A DNA stretch of 64,000 nucleotides from Octopus vulgaris (lineage: Eukaryota), in contig OX597824.1 of assembly GCA_951406725.2 (NCBI GenBank), positions 55,614,001-55,678,000 of the forward strand. Reading direction: 5' to 3'. This document shows, piece after piece, positions 39,521 through 52,589 of the stretch. Both the position numbers and the translations under genes were made by a program. The notes under the pieces were generated by a model. The model did not search any database, was not told the origin of the DNA, and saw nothing but the letters and a program-made list of their open reading frames with translations. The stretch's first letter is position 1, and each line of letters opens with the position of its first letter.

Positions 39521-39700
39521 TATATATATATATATGTATATATGTTGAAAACAAATCAGCAAGAAAAAAATGTTAATTGCTCATGAATTTGTATGGGAAA
39601 GAAGAATTTTCAATTATAAATGCTGAGAATATTTATAAATTTCAGAGCTACTTTTATTTGAGAAAATAAAAATAGTTCTTGTATTTGTTATGTATATATA

Positions 39701-40095
39701 GGTGCAGGAGTGGCTGTGTGGTAAGTAGCTTGCTTGCTAACCACATGGTTCCGGGTTCAGTCCCACTGCGTGGCATCTTGGGCAAGTGTCTTCTACTATA
39801 GCCTTGGGCCGACCAAAGCCTTGTGAGTGGATTTAGTAGACGGAAACTGAAAGAAGCCTGTCGTATATGTATATATATATATGTGTGTGTATGTTTGTGT
39901 GTCTGTGTTTGTCCCCCTAGCATTGCTTGACAACCGATGCTGGTGTGTTTACGTCGCCATCACTCAGCGGTTCGGCAAAAGAGACCGATAGAATAAGTAC
40001 TGGGCTTACAAAGAATAAGTCCCGGGGTCGATTTGCTCGACTAAAGGCGGTGCTCCAGCATGGCCGCAGTCAAATGACTGAAACAAGTAAAAGAG
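39701..40095 (+). mobile_element. SINE family A, full length
   Basis: A/B boxes, internal microsatellite, conserved tail. Confidence 0.9.
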
Positions 40096-40227
40096 TAATG
40101 TGATTCCATTCCCAACCAATATTAGATAATGAGATTAGAATGACACGGCTGACAGTCATTGGAGCATAGCTTATAGAGACTATTGTAGCATATTTTAGCA
40201 GGATATAAGTTCACTCTTCCAGAGTAT

Positions 40228-40569
40228 GCTGAGACCCCCTTCGGTCATGACTGACCATTGGATTGCACCTAGAAAGTTACCCTCCCAGGCACAAGTCTGG
40301 GCGCATGGCTCAGTGGTTGGAGCGTCAAGCTTATGATCGGGAGGTTGTGAGTTTGAATCCCGGACCAGGCTACATGGTGTGTTCTTGAGCAAGACACTTT
40401 ATTTCACATTGCTCCTGTTTACTCAGCTATAGAAATGAGTTGTGACATCACAGGTGCCAAGCTGTATCGGCCCTTGCCTTTCCCTTGGATAACATCGATG
40501 GCATGGAGAGGGGAGGTTGGTATGCATGGGTGACTGCTGGTCTTCCATAAACAACCTTGCCTGGACTTC
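40228..40569. mobile_element. SINE family B with 5' inversion, flanked by 10-bp TSD
   Basis: Tail on minus (40228-40302), head/body on plus (40299-40568); TCCAGAGTAT at 40218-40227 and 40570-40579. Confidence 0.8.
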
Positions 40570-40900
40570 TCCAGAGTATACCTGGTCGTATAACTAAGTC
40601 TTGACTTGAATATCATAGCCGTTATAACAATGTAGTGAGAATCAACACAAAGTTGCATTCTGTTGTTTCCTACAAGGAGGTTAAGAAAGGATAATGATGA
40701 AACCCAGATTTTTGAATGATGCTAAAGATTGAAAGGAGCAAATAGAGTTGAAGGAAACCTCTGGTAACCTCTGCTCTCTCCCATGTTCATGCACGACCAG
40801 CTATATATCGCTACGAGTAGAGCAACGGATTCAGCTAATTTGGAAATGAGTTGTGGAGAAACAGAGAATATCGTTTATATTGTGTGTGTGTGTATATATA

Positions 40901-43900
40901 TCATCATCATCATCATCATCATCATTTAGCGTCCGTTTTCCATGCTAGCATGTGTTGGACGTTTTAACTGGGGTCTGTGAAGCCGGAAGGTGCTTTTACG
41001 TGCCACCGACACGGGGCCAGACAGAGCTGGCAAACGGCCACGAACGGATGGTGCTTTTACGTGTCACCGGCACGGGGGCCAGCCGAGGCTGGCAACAAAC
41101 ACGAGCGGATGGTGCTTTTACGTGCCACCGACACGGGGGCCAGACAGAGCTGGCAAACAGCCACGAGCGAATGGTGCTTTTACGTATCACCGACACGGGT
41201 GCCAGACGAGGCTGGCAGCGGACACGGATATATGATTTGATTTTGATTGTTCTCACTAGTCTTGCCGGGTCTTCTCACGCACAGCATACTTCCACAGGTC
41301 TCGGTCTCTGGTCATTTCCTTGGTGAGACCTAGAGTTCGAAGGTCGTGCTTCACCACCTCGACCCAGGTTTTCCTGGGTCTACCTCTTCCACATGTCCCC
41401 TCAACTGCCAGGGTGTGGCACTTTTTCAAACACCTATCTTCCTCCATTCTCGCCACATGACCATACCAGTGCAATCGTCTCTCTTGCACACATCTGATGC
41501 CTCTTAGGTCCAACTTTTCTCTCAAGGTACTTACACTCTGTCGACTATGAACACTGACATTACACATCCAACGGAGCATACTAGCTTCATTTCTTGCGAG
41601 CTTACGTAAATCCTCAGCAGTCACAGCCCAAGTTTCACTACCATGTAGCATGGCTGTACGTACACATGCATCATACAGTCTGCCTTTTACTCTGAGCGAG
41701 AGGCCTTTTGTCACCAGTAGGGGTAAGAGCTCTCTAAACTTTGCCCAGGCTATTCTTACTCTAGCAGTTACACTTTCAGCACACCCGTCCCCGCTACTGA
41801 CTTGGTCACCTAGGTAGCGGAAGCTATCAACTACTTCTAGTTTTTTCTCCCTGAAACGTGATAGAAGTTGGTCTCTGCATATTTTCAGAGTTTATTGCTC
41901 CTGAGCATCTGCCACAGATAAAAACTATTTTCCTAGTTAGTCTTCCTTTGACATTACTACATCTCTTATGTGTCCATAGCTTACATTTGGTGCACCTTAT
42001 AGAGTTTCTGCCTATGCCTTTTCTACAGATCGAGCAAGGCCATCTACCTGAAGGCGTTTGTGATTGGTCTACCTTCCTACTTATTAGGACTTTGGTTTTG
42101 GCTAGGTTGATTCTAAGGCCCTTCGATTCTAAACCTTGCTTCCACACCTGAAACTTCTCCTCCAGTTCTGATAGAGACCCAGCAATTAGAGCAAGGTCAT
42201 CAGCATAGAGGAGCTCCCAGGGGCATCCAGTCTTGAATTCCTCCGTTATTGCCTGGAGGACTATGATAAATAGGAAGGGGCTGAGGACTGAACCTTGGTG
42301 GACCCCAACCTCTACCCTGAATTCTTCACTGTACTCGGTGCCAACCCTCACCTTACTAGCAGCGTCTCTGTACATGGCTTGAACAGCTCTCACTAACCAT
42401 TCATCTATCCCTAGTTTCCTCATTGACCACCAGATAAGGGATCAGGGGACCCTGTCGAAGGCTTTCTCCATATCGACAAAAGCCAGGTATAGGGGTTTGT
42501 CTTTGGCTAGGTATTTCTCCTGCAGCTGTCTTACCAGGAAAATAGCATCAGTAGTACTTTTCCCTGGCACGAACCCAAACTGCATCTGATCTAAGCTAAC
42601 TCTCTCTCTAATTTGTTGGGCTATAACCCTCACCGTAACCTTCATTACCTGATCTAGCAGCTTGATACCCCTGTAGTTATTTGTATCTAGGGCGTCACCT
42701 TTACCTTTGTAGCAGTTGACTATTATGCTGCTACACCAGTCATTGGGAATGACTCCTTCGTGTATCACCTGGTTAACTATACGGGTGACTAGGCTATAGC
42801 CAGCACTACCAGATATTTTGAGCATCTCTGCAGTAATTCCTGATGGGCCTGGGGCTTTCCTTGTCTTCATGCTTCTAATTGCCTTATCTACTAAGGAACT
42901 GTCAACTCGGATTGCTGGTCCCTCTGTTGGGTCAACATTCGGCAGACTCTCTTTATCCCATTCATTTTCCTCATTCAGCAACCTTTCATAGTGGCGTCTC
43001 CAAACCTCTCTCTTTGCATCCTCATTTAGCGCAAGTGAGCCGTCATCCTTGCGAACACATTTCTCTCCTACCACGTCACGATTCTCTCTCACACACTGTC
43101 TTGCAACACGAAATACCTCAAGTCTATCATCTTCACGGCACAGGACATTGGCAAATTTTTTCTTATCTGCTTCCCCTCTGGCTAAATACACCAGCCTCCT
43201 AGCCTCCCTTCTTGCAGTCTGATACACTTCCCTGCTACCACCGTTCTTCCAGTCCTTCCAAGCCTGTTTCTTTTGTCTAATAGCCCTGTCAACAATATTG
43301 TTCCACCACCACGTTATTTTGGGTCTTGTGGGGACTTTGCACCAGCCACAGATCTGGTCTGTGGCTTTCAGCAGGTTGTCCCTTAGAAGCGCCCAGTTAT
43401 CTTCTACCCCATGTGTAGCTATACCCCCTTCTATTTCGTCGAAGGCTTCAAGTAACACGTCTCTAAATCTCTGTCCATTTGCAGGGTCTTTAAGCTTCCA
43501 GACCCTTCTTCTCCATGTTGGTCGTCTTCTAGTCGTCCTCTTAGTCCTGATTCTAAAGTCACTGACTACCAGTCTATGTTGTGGGGTACACTCTTCGCCT
43601 GGGAAGGTTTTGGCATTTATAAGCAGCCATCTTTCCCTTTTTCTGGTAAGGATATAGTCGATTTGGCTAGTATGCTGGCCCGAACGGTAGGTGACCAAGT
43701 GGCTTGTCGGTTTCCTGAAGTTAGTGTTGCAAACCATAAGACTATTCGCATCACAGAACTCCAGCAGCCTAGTTCCCTCCTCATTGCGAGAACCATAACC
43801 ATAGCCTCCATGAACGCCATAGAAGCCCTCAGCATATCGTCCAACATGCCCATTGAAGTCACCACCCACAAAGAGAAGGTCCCTGTCGTTCGTCAGTGAG

Positions 43901-44097
43901 GTGGTCTGCAGTAGGCTGTCATAGAAACAGTCTTTCTGTCTATCGGGTAGCCCTGGCTGAGGGGCATAGGCCGATATAATAGTTGCTAAACTATGATGGA
44001 GCACTAAACTAATCTTCAGTATTCTGTCACATACTCTGACTACCTCGATTACCATACCTACCCATTTTTCGGCAATAAGCATACCTACTCCCCCGAT
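40901..44097 (-). mobile_element. Young RTE LINE, 5'-truncated within the endonuclease
   Basis: GGDFNGHVG, SQIDYIL, NYRGIKLL, DMEKAFDRVP, LLYADD; one in-frame stop (42442) and one frameshift (~41840); 3' UTR with four ~60-bp repeats and (GAT)n tail. Confidence 0.95.
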
Positions 44098-45249
44098 ACA
44101 CACATATATATATATACATGGGCAACACACACACACACACATTGCATACATGTGTTTTGTATGCATACATGTCCGTGTGTGTGACTGAAGCCATTCACAC
44201 ATACATACATACATACATACATAACAACACTGTCTGGTTTTGCCTATCAATCACTCAGTAAAAAGACGAAACTTTAAAAATCTGTTATCTCTCTCTCTTT
44301 CTCTCTCTCTCCCTTCCTCTCTTTACACCATCACTAGAAGGGAACTTAACTCATGCTTGTATAAACAATAGGGGATTTCTCCGCTGTGAAAATTGTTAAG
44401 TTATGGTCGAAAATTTATTTTTACCGCTATTTGCTGGTGCCTCGGAGGAAAATAATTTGATGAAAATACAGCTAGGATCGTGACAAATGTCCTCCTAAAA
44501 TTGGAGCGACATGCGTGCTAATTTGTGGACGTGCATAATTTACATTCACGTACACACACATCATGCCTTTTATATATATATATATATTGAGAGTAACACT
44601 TAAACATGTCAAGCTGTTGAAATCATTCTGTTTATTCTTTTTTGTTTTTGTATTCAACAGTTCATTTTGCTGTCTTCTTTGTCTCACACTGCACCATAAA
44701 TTCTAATGATTAAATTAATTTTCTCTTTTTTTCTCATTGGTAAATCTAATCAATATATATAATATGCTATGTGTCATCAATTTATATTTAATGCATTTGA
44801 TGTATTTGTATATACATTTATTCCACTTATTCTACTTCATATATTCCACTATACTCTACTGCCCAATTACTGAAAGTATCTTGTTTTCAACTTTAGCCTA
44901 TTATTACACTTGTAACGGTTTTGTATGTTGGTTAGAATCATCGTGTGTTTGAGATGTAGTTTCCAGTCATAAAAAGACCACATAGTTAATTTCTCTATGA
45001 GTTTGCTGGTTAATGGATGCACTACTGATTGATATAAGTGACAAGAAATAGATAGTAGTTAAAATGGCCTTTATTTATTGTTATAATATAAAACAAATGC
45101 TTTGGGTTGTTGTTGCATGAAGATTAGTAGAAGTTCTGTTGTCATTCATGTTGGTTGCTGTGGTCATTTTGTTGTTTACTGCTAAGTGATCAAAAGAAAA
45201 AAAGAGACAGAAGAAGAAAAATAAGAGAATCTACCTCTCTAGACTGTAG

Positions 45250-46095
45250 AGAAGAGAGGGTAAGGAAAACATGTTACCTCTGTGTTAGCCATGAGTAAAG
45301 AGAGGGGTGGGGTTGGCAGTGGTAAGAACAGCAGGCATGAACCTCCTGCAAGGTGCCAGGTGAAAGAGAGAAGCATGTTAATGCTGTTAAATGTGTGTAA
45401 AATAGAGAGGCATGTACTTCCAGCAAGGAGCCAAATGAAAGAAAAAGCATTGTATTTGGGTTCTGCATTTATAATAATTTTTTAGCTAAAGTAGTTAGAA
45501 TAAATGATTTTTTATTGGTTATCTTGACTGAACTGTTGATTACTCAAAAAGTCAGGAAATTGACAGAATAAAGAAAAAAAGCTAGAAACATTTAGGCTAA
45601 GATTTCAATCCCTGGTCGAAAATCCAGGAACCAACCATTTCACCCAGCACGCATGTATTTCTTGCTTGAAGCAGAACAAAAAGTAAAAATAATTTGAAAG
45701 AAGGTAGCTTACAGCTAAAGGCAGAGAGCAAAGATTTCATTTTAGCTGCTCAAGATCAAAGCTTATTGGCCTGGAACTACCAAGCCAATATGATGAAAAA
45801 TGGAGTAGATCCAAAGTGCCAATCCTGAAATGATGAGATTGAAACAGCGGGCCACCTAAACTCTGGATGTAAAGTTTTAACACCAGTGGAGTATAAATCA
45901 AGACATGACAGAGTTAGTGACATTATATAAAATCAAAAGTAGTATAAGTACCAAAGTGAGGGACAAAATGTAATGACTCTTTATGACTTTCCCGTACATA
46001 CAGACCAAACCATCAAAATTAATATCCGGATATTGTTGTGATCATAATATCTCGGCAAAAGAATTTGACAAGCTCAAGAAATATAAAGATTTGGC
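45250..46095 (+). mobile_element. Dong/R4-type LINE remnant (restriction-like endonuclease end)
   Basis: FILAAQDQSL...DPKCQ...ET..HL.SGC...YKSRHDRV...PDIVV. Confidence 0.75.
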
Positions 46096-46950
46096 AACAG
46101 ATGAACCACCTGACCAATGAAATGCATCCTTTCCACAAGAAGTGAAAAAGTAAACACTCCAGTTTGGCCAGATATGGACTGGGGCAAGGAACAACAGTCA
46201 GGCAATAAGTTATTAAATAGGTGATGTGCACATTCACCTCCTCTGCTTAATCTTTAAAGGATAACTTCCTCTTGGCCCATTTCTGAGTGAGACTGGCCAC
46301 TCTGTAATGTCATCCCAGTTCTTGTCCACCTGGAGGTCCAGGCCAAACCAGATACCATGCAATTTGACTGATCTCTCTGTCTATTGATCTACAATACTGT
46401 TCATTGACATAGTCTTGTTCCTCTAGTTGCCAAGCCGCAGGCCTGCATACTCACTCATATTTATCTTAGCCCTTGCCATCACCTGGTATTCCTTTAAAAT
46501 GGAATTGACAACCTAAACTTCCATGGTGTCTGGCATTATGAATGTGATGTCATCCACATGCTGACACAGCCCTCCCACATCTCAGTTTGAAAGAGATGTC
46601 TTTGAAGAGTTTTAGCTTCTTCAAGGGCTTTAGTGCTGGAACATAAAGAAGATATGAGAGGATACTCTTAATGGATTGAGCAAGAAATATGACTGAGCAA
46701 GCACCTATGTGCATTGCTGAAAATGGGTCCGAAACTGGCTACTTTTAGGACTGCTGCCAAGTAGTGATGGTTGACCTTATTGAAGTCTTTGAACTGATCC
46801 AAATTGATGAGAGTCTCACCAATGCCAGATTTGCTGTCCATTTCCTCTATGATGTAATGCATGAGGTGGAGGTTGTTATAAATGGGTCTTTTGGGTATTG
46901 CACATGTTTGAGTTTCTGCAACCAAACTACCCATGACAAACACCAACCTC
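46096..46950 (-). mobile_element. Decayed Tx1/L1 RT fragment
   Basis: QTCAIP.R.I.NNLHLM, LINLDQFKDFNKVNH, LTVVPCP; homologous to 33560-34460. Confidence 0.8.
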
Positions 46951-47440
46951 AGTAATGTTGTTGCAATGAACTGTTTATCTGAATGTGTATAGTGTATAGT
47001 TAGTTTTAGACATATGTAGAAAATGTTGGGATTTCAGAAGGCATTGGGTTGTCAGGCAAATCTGTTTGTTTTTTCCAAAATAACTACAAAACATGATTAA
47101 AATATTTTTGTTTTAAATTAAATTGATTTTGCCAATGGTAAACTGAAGAGAGGATCAGTGTTTCCAACATATGTAGTATCAGCCTGAGGCTGACTGTAAT
47201 GAAATATACGTCAACTGCTTTCTTTAACTTAAGAGAAAGAGAGCATAAGAGTTAAAGAACACAAACACCACACACATACACACACAAAGCATACACACAC
47301 ACACGTCTTCATTCCTTAACTTAAGAGAGTGGGAAAGAGAGATGAAGAAAGAAAGAGTAAAAGGACACAGACAGTGGGAAGCAAGAAATACACATACTGT
47401 TTACTCTTCTATGTTTGCTTAAGTATGGTCATTCATTCTA

Positions 47441-47478
<38 letters not shown>

Positions 47479-48805
47479 AGTTTTATTGATTGCATCTCTC
47501 CCTCACTTTTTGTTTTCTTTCTTTCTCTCTCCCACCCTCCCTTTCTCCTGTTCTTTTTCTCTCTCCTATTCTTTGTCTCTCTTTCTTCTCTTATCCTTTC
47601 TCTGTTTCACTCTGTTCTTTCTTTCTCTTTCTCTCATCCTTCTCAACAGAATGGAGACAGATTTAAACAAAATGGCCTGATATTTTGATATGCATATGGA
47701 AATATATACATCATAATCATCATCATTTAACATCTGCTTTCTATGCTGGGAGGTGTTGGACAGTTTGACATGAGCTAGTTAGGCAGAAGACTGCACCATA
47801 AGTTGCTGTCAGTTTTGGAATGGTTTTTATGGCTGGACCCCCTTCCTAACAGCAACCAGTCTGCAAAGTGGACTGAGGTCAGTTTTGGCATGTTTTTTTC
47901 ACAGCTGGGTGCTCTTCCAAATGCTAACCACTTCACGGTGTGGACTGGATGCTTTTTATAATGCACCAACACTGGCTGGGTCACCAAGTAACTTGCAAGA
48001 CAAAAATCCTTTGAGAAGGGAGGTGTCATTGCGGGAGGTGATCTTGTGCCAGATGAGGAAAGGTTAGAGTGTGACAGAGACAGAAACAGGTGTCTTGTAG
48101 AGGAGATACATGGTTAGAGGGAGAGAGAGAGAAGGAGTGACCAAGACTGAGGCCAGTAATGGATGTGTTGCTGTAGAGGGATAGAGGAAGAGAGAGTGGA
48201 AGGGAGCAAGAGAAAGAGGCAGAGTGGAAGAGAGCAGGAGAGAGATGGTGGTGAAGTGCCAGGGCATGCTTACAAGGAATGGGGATCCAAATATAAATGA
48301 AATAGTAAAGAGCCAGGGAGAGATAAGTGGTAGCAAAGTGGAAGGGCACACCATCAAGATATGGGGTCAGAATATAAATGGTAGGGTATTGCCAAGGTGC
48401 ATGAGTGAGAGTAGAGACTTCACATAAATGCAAAGAGTGTGAGGGTGGGGAATGCAGTGACTGGTGAAACCTGGGTATATAGAGGGGGTGGGAACAATAG
48501 GATTGCAATGATAGTGAGCAGGGCTGTGAGGACAGGTTTGCAGAGCAAGCAATAAGTGTAAGCATAGTGTATGAAAAGAGGAAATGTGAGGAAGAGAAGA
48601 GATGTAGTTTGGTTTGTTAGGGTAGAGTGTGGGGAAAGTTTTCTTGTTCTTACTTGTGGATGGAACCCACAGTGCTTCTAGAACTTAGTTTTGCTGAAGG
48701 GTGGATCTTCTCAAGAACTTCATATTGTCAGACATCTCAGTCCATTGTCATCACATCCATGAGGCCCAACAACCTTAGATTGGTCCTCACCACTTCATCC
48801 CTTTT

Positions 48806-48998
48806 CTTATTTCTTTACTGCCCACAAGGGGCTAAACACAGAGGAGACAAACAAGGACAGACAGATGGATTAAGCTGATTATACCGACCCCAGTGCATAA
48901 CTGGTACTTCAGAATTTTAACTCAGAACATAAAGACAGGCAAAATGCCGCTAAACATTTCACCCGGCATGCTAACGTTTCTGCCAGCTCGCCGCCTTA
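48806..48998 (-). mobile_element. SINE family C, internally deleted
   Basis: Head AAGGCGGCGAGCTGGCAGAAACGTTAGC on minus; flanked by ATCCCTTTTCTT direct repeat. Confidence 0.75.
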
Positions 48999-50519
48999 TC
49001 CCTTTTCTTTCTGGGTCTCCCTCTTCTACAGATGCTATCCACTTTCAGTGATCAGCACTTCTTTATACAATAGTCTTCATTCACATACATGTCCAAACCA
49101 GCATAGTCTTTTCTCTGATTCTTCTTATGCTCAACCTTTCTCTCAACATTTGCACTTTGTCATATATGTGCACTAATGTTGTAGATCCAACAGAGCATAC
49201 TACCTTCATTTCTCTCCAGTCTATGCATGTCTTCTGCATTCAGAGTCCATGCCTCACTACTGTGTAGTATAATCATTCATGTGCAAGCATCATACAATCT
49301 ATCTTTCACTCTGAAAGAGAGTTCTTTTGTTGCCAACAGAAGTAATAGCTCTCTTAACTTCCTACATTCTATTCTTATTCTAGAAACAATGCTTTCAGAA
49401 CATCCTCCACCATTGCTAATTTGGTCACCTAGGTAATAGAAACTATTTACAACCTCAAGAGAACTTCCTGGGTACTTAAGTGGGTCTAATTCTCCTGTGC
49501 CCTTAGTGCTTATTGTTCCTGCACACCTGCCACATACTAAGGTGACTTTATCTGTTAATGTATCTGTGCTTCCACTGCACCTCTTCTGTGTCTATAGCTT
49601 ACACTGGATGCAGAAAATGACATTACTTCCAACTCCTTTCCTACATATTTACCTGATGGAAAGAGAGTTTTATTAGTTTTCTTGCTAATAACAACTTTTG
49701 TCTTAGCTAGGTTAACTTTAAGGCCCTTTGATTCCAAATTTTGCTTCCATACCTTGAATTTCTTCACCATTTCTGCTACAGATTCTGCAATAAGAGCAAC
49801 GTCATCAGCATATTGTAGTTCCCACAAGCATCTCATTTTGAATTCCTCTGTTATGGCCTGCAGGACTATGATGAATAAGAGTGAACTGAGAACTGAGCCT
49901 TGGTGAACCCCTACTAGTTCACTAAATCCATCACTGTATTCATGGCCAACTCTCACCCTACTGACAGCACTGCTGGTCATAGCTTGTACAGCTCTAACAA
50001 ACCACTCATCTAGTCCTAGCTTCCTTAGAGACCACCAGATAACAGAAGCTTTCTCCTGGTTGACAAAAGCCAAGTACACTTTTGGCCAAATACTTTTCCT
50101 GCAGCTGCATCTCATCTAGTTTAATTCTGTTTCTAATCAATTGAGCTATAACTCTCTGTAACTTTCATGACCTGCTCCAACAATTTGATACCTCTGTAGT
50201 TGTTTCTCTCTAAGGCATCACCTTTATCCTTGAGCAGCTAACTATAATACTACTACACCAGTCATTGAGGATGACGCCATCCTGAATAACCTGATTAACT
50301 ATGTAAGTGACTAGGCTGTCTCCTACACCACCAGATATTTTAATCCTCTTGGCAGTGATTCCTGATGGTCCAGAGGCTTTCCCTATCTTCATATCTTTAA
50401 TTGCCTTATCTATTATACTGCTGTGAACTCTGATGGCTGGTCCCTCAGTTGCTTCTATATTTGAAAAACTTTCCTTCTCCCATGCATTTTCCACATTTAG
50501 TAATCTTTCATAGTGACAC

Positions 50520-50685
50520 CAGGGATAGCTCAAGGTACCAGCAACTCGGGCAGTTGTCTGGGGTGTCATGTGCTAGGGGGCGCCAAGCAGGATGTGACAA
50601 AGGCAAAGAAATTTCCATGACTGTCAGCTTGTACACACCGAAGTTCAGCTTGCTTGGGGCACCGGCAACCCTAGGGCCAGCCCTG
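50520..50685. mobile_element. hAT-type MITE (166 bp)
   Basis: 8-bp TSD AGTGACAC (50512-50519, 50686-50693); imperfect 16-bp TIR beginning CAGGG. Confidence 0.85.
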
Positions 50686-51848
50686 AGTGACACTTCTATG
50701 AATCTTTCTTCTCTGAGTCACTAAGTGCAAATTCTAATCTACCACATCTCTATTCTCTCTGATACACTGCTTTGTAATCCTGAACACCTCATGCTGTAGA
50801 ACATTGGCAAATTTCTTACCTTCTGCTATTCCTTTTGCTATGTAAGCCTGTCACCAAGCTGCCCTTCTGACTACCTGATATTATTCTCTGCTTCCACCAT
50901 TTTTCCAGTCCTTCCAGGCCTGTCTCTTTGCTTGTTCCACCATCATGTCACCCTCAGTAGATTATCCTATAGGAACTTCCAATTATCTTCAAAGCCATAT
51001 ACCCTCAAATCTTCCTTTCTTTCATCTGAAACCTCCATTGGGATATCTCTAAAATTGTGTCTGTTTTCTGAGTCTTTTCCAGAGTGGTTTATTTCTCCGA
51101 GTCTTTCAAGCTCTAATTCTAATAAGTAGTAACATGTGCTGGGTTGTACACTCTTCAGCTGGGAAAGACTTCGCATTTGCAAGCATTACAATTTTTACTT
51201 TCACTTGCTTGGTGATGTAGTGAATATATATACATAATTTTGTGGATGTCCATTCACTAGTTTCTGAGTTTTAGGTGGACACACCTAATCAAGAACTTTC
51301 ATTTATGTTATAGATTAAAGTAGGTAAAATAAGAAATAAAAAAGATTAAACATTTGTTTACAGCAACAGTATGTTGTTTATAGAAAATACAGAATTAAAA
51401 TAATTTAAATGGAGAAGATGAATAAATATCAAACACTTCGCATATATATGACTAATATATGACTACAGCCTTACATTCATAAAAAGATAACACACATACA
51501 CATACATATACACTTGCAAATACATTCACACACACAAATACATACTTGCACACCCATGTCTACACACACTCACATGCGTGCGCATGCACCCATACATGTG
51601 CACACACACTCACACACACACACACACACACAGAGGCAAGTTCAGAAAAAGTCTTAAATATTTTAAAGGTACTAAAAATAAACAAGAAGACGATCATAAA
51701 AAATATAGTGGAAATATATACTTTCATAGTCACATACATACACTAATCTCATACACACATCCACTGTTTATCACATACAGGAAAACATGCAAATGCACAC
51801 ATACATGTATAAATGCAATAGACACATACACACACACATATATATATG

Positions 51849-51882
<34 letters not shown>

Positions 51883-51908
51883 TGTGTATATATATATATA
51901 TATAAATG

Positions 51909-52585
51909 TACGAGATCTGATCAATAAGTATCCGGACTGTTGTCATAGTAATGAAGCTAAAGCATGCAGAGTAAAGCTGCTTGGCAAAGATTGACCTTAA
52001 ACTCTGCTGTGCACATGCACTAAGTTTTAACGTTCTAGCTCACTTCTGCTGTTTATAGCAGTGCTTGGAAGGAAGGTGTGTGATCATCACATTGACCATG
52101 ACAGAGAAAGTAATCATGATGCTACTTGCTCAGAGGCCTATGGAAAATTGCAGAAAGTATATGAGCCACACATAAGTGTACAAGTGGTACAGATGTTTCC
52201 AAGATGGTCGAAAAAATGTCGATATTGATGAACGTTCTGGGAGACCCACAGCCATCAGAACTGAAGAAAACATCACAGATGTGTGTGCAGCTGTGAGGGG
52301 AAATTGTTAAATCACCATCTGTGAGTTATCAGAGGATGTGCAGATTAGTTACAGTTCAGTTCAGTCCATTATCGCTGCAGATTTGGGTATGAGATTCGCG
52401 TCTGCCAAGTTTGTGCCAAAACCACTTTCAGCTGACCAAAAACACACTCGGGTTTCAGTAGAACAAGATCTCCTTGATTGTGTCATGAACGATGAAAACT
52501 TTTTGAAAACTTTGCGTAGGTCTCTCAGCAGGTATCATCAAGCTTTTGGCAAAACTTGATGCACATTCTCTGTTCAACTGTCAAT
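51909..52585 (+). mobile_element. Mariner-like element, 5' part with HTH remnant
   Basis: TACGAG..TGATCAATAAGT terminus; DIDERSGRP, DLGMRFASAKFVPK.LS. Confidence 0.75.
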
Positions 52586-52589
52586 GCAC

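Larger units (their letters stand above)
47710..51220 (-). mobile_element. Old RTE LINE copy with nested SINE and MITE
   Basis: GVHQGSVLSSLLF, LQYADD, KASGPSGITA; 3' UTR resembles 10522-11050. Confidence 0.85.

Noticed and set aside
39701-39775. tRNA genes at SINE 5' ends (also 12713, 16491, 40299)
   Set aside because: A/B boxes present but no complete cloverleaf; attached to repeat bodies
44098-44250. Cys-rich N-terminus of the 602-aa ORF
   Set aside because: Read-through from flanking microsatellite; RTE homology starts near 44097
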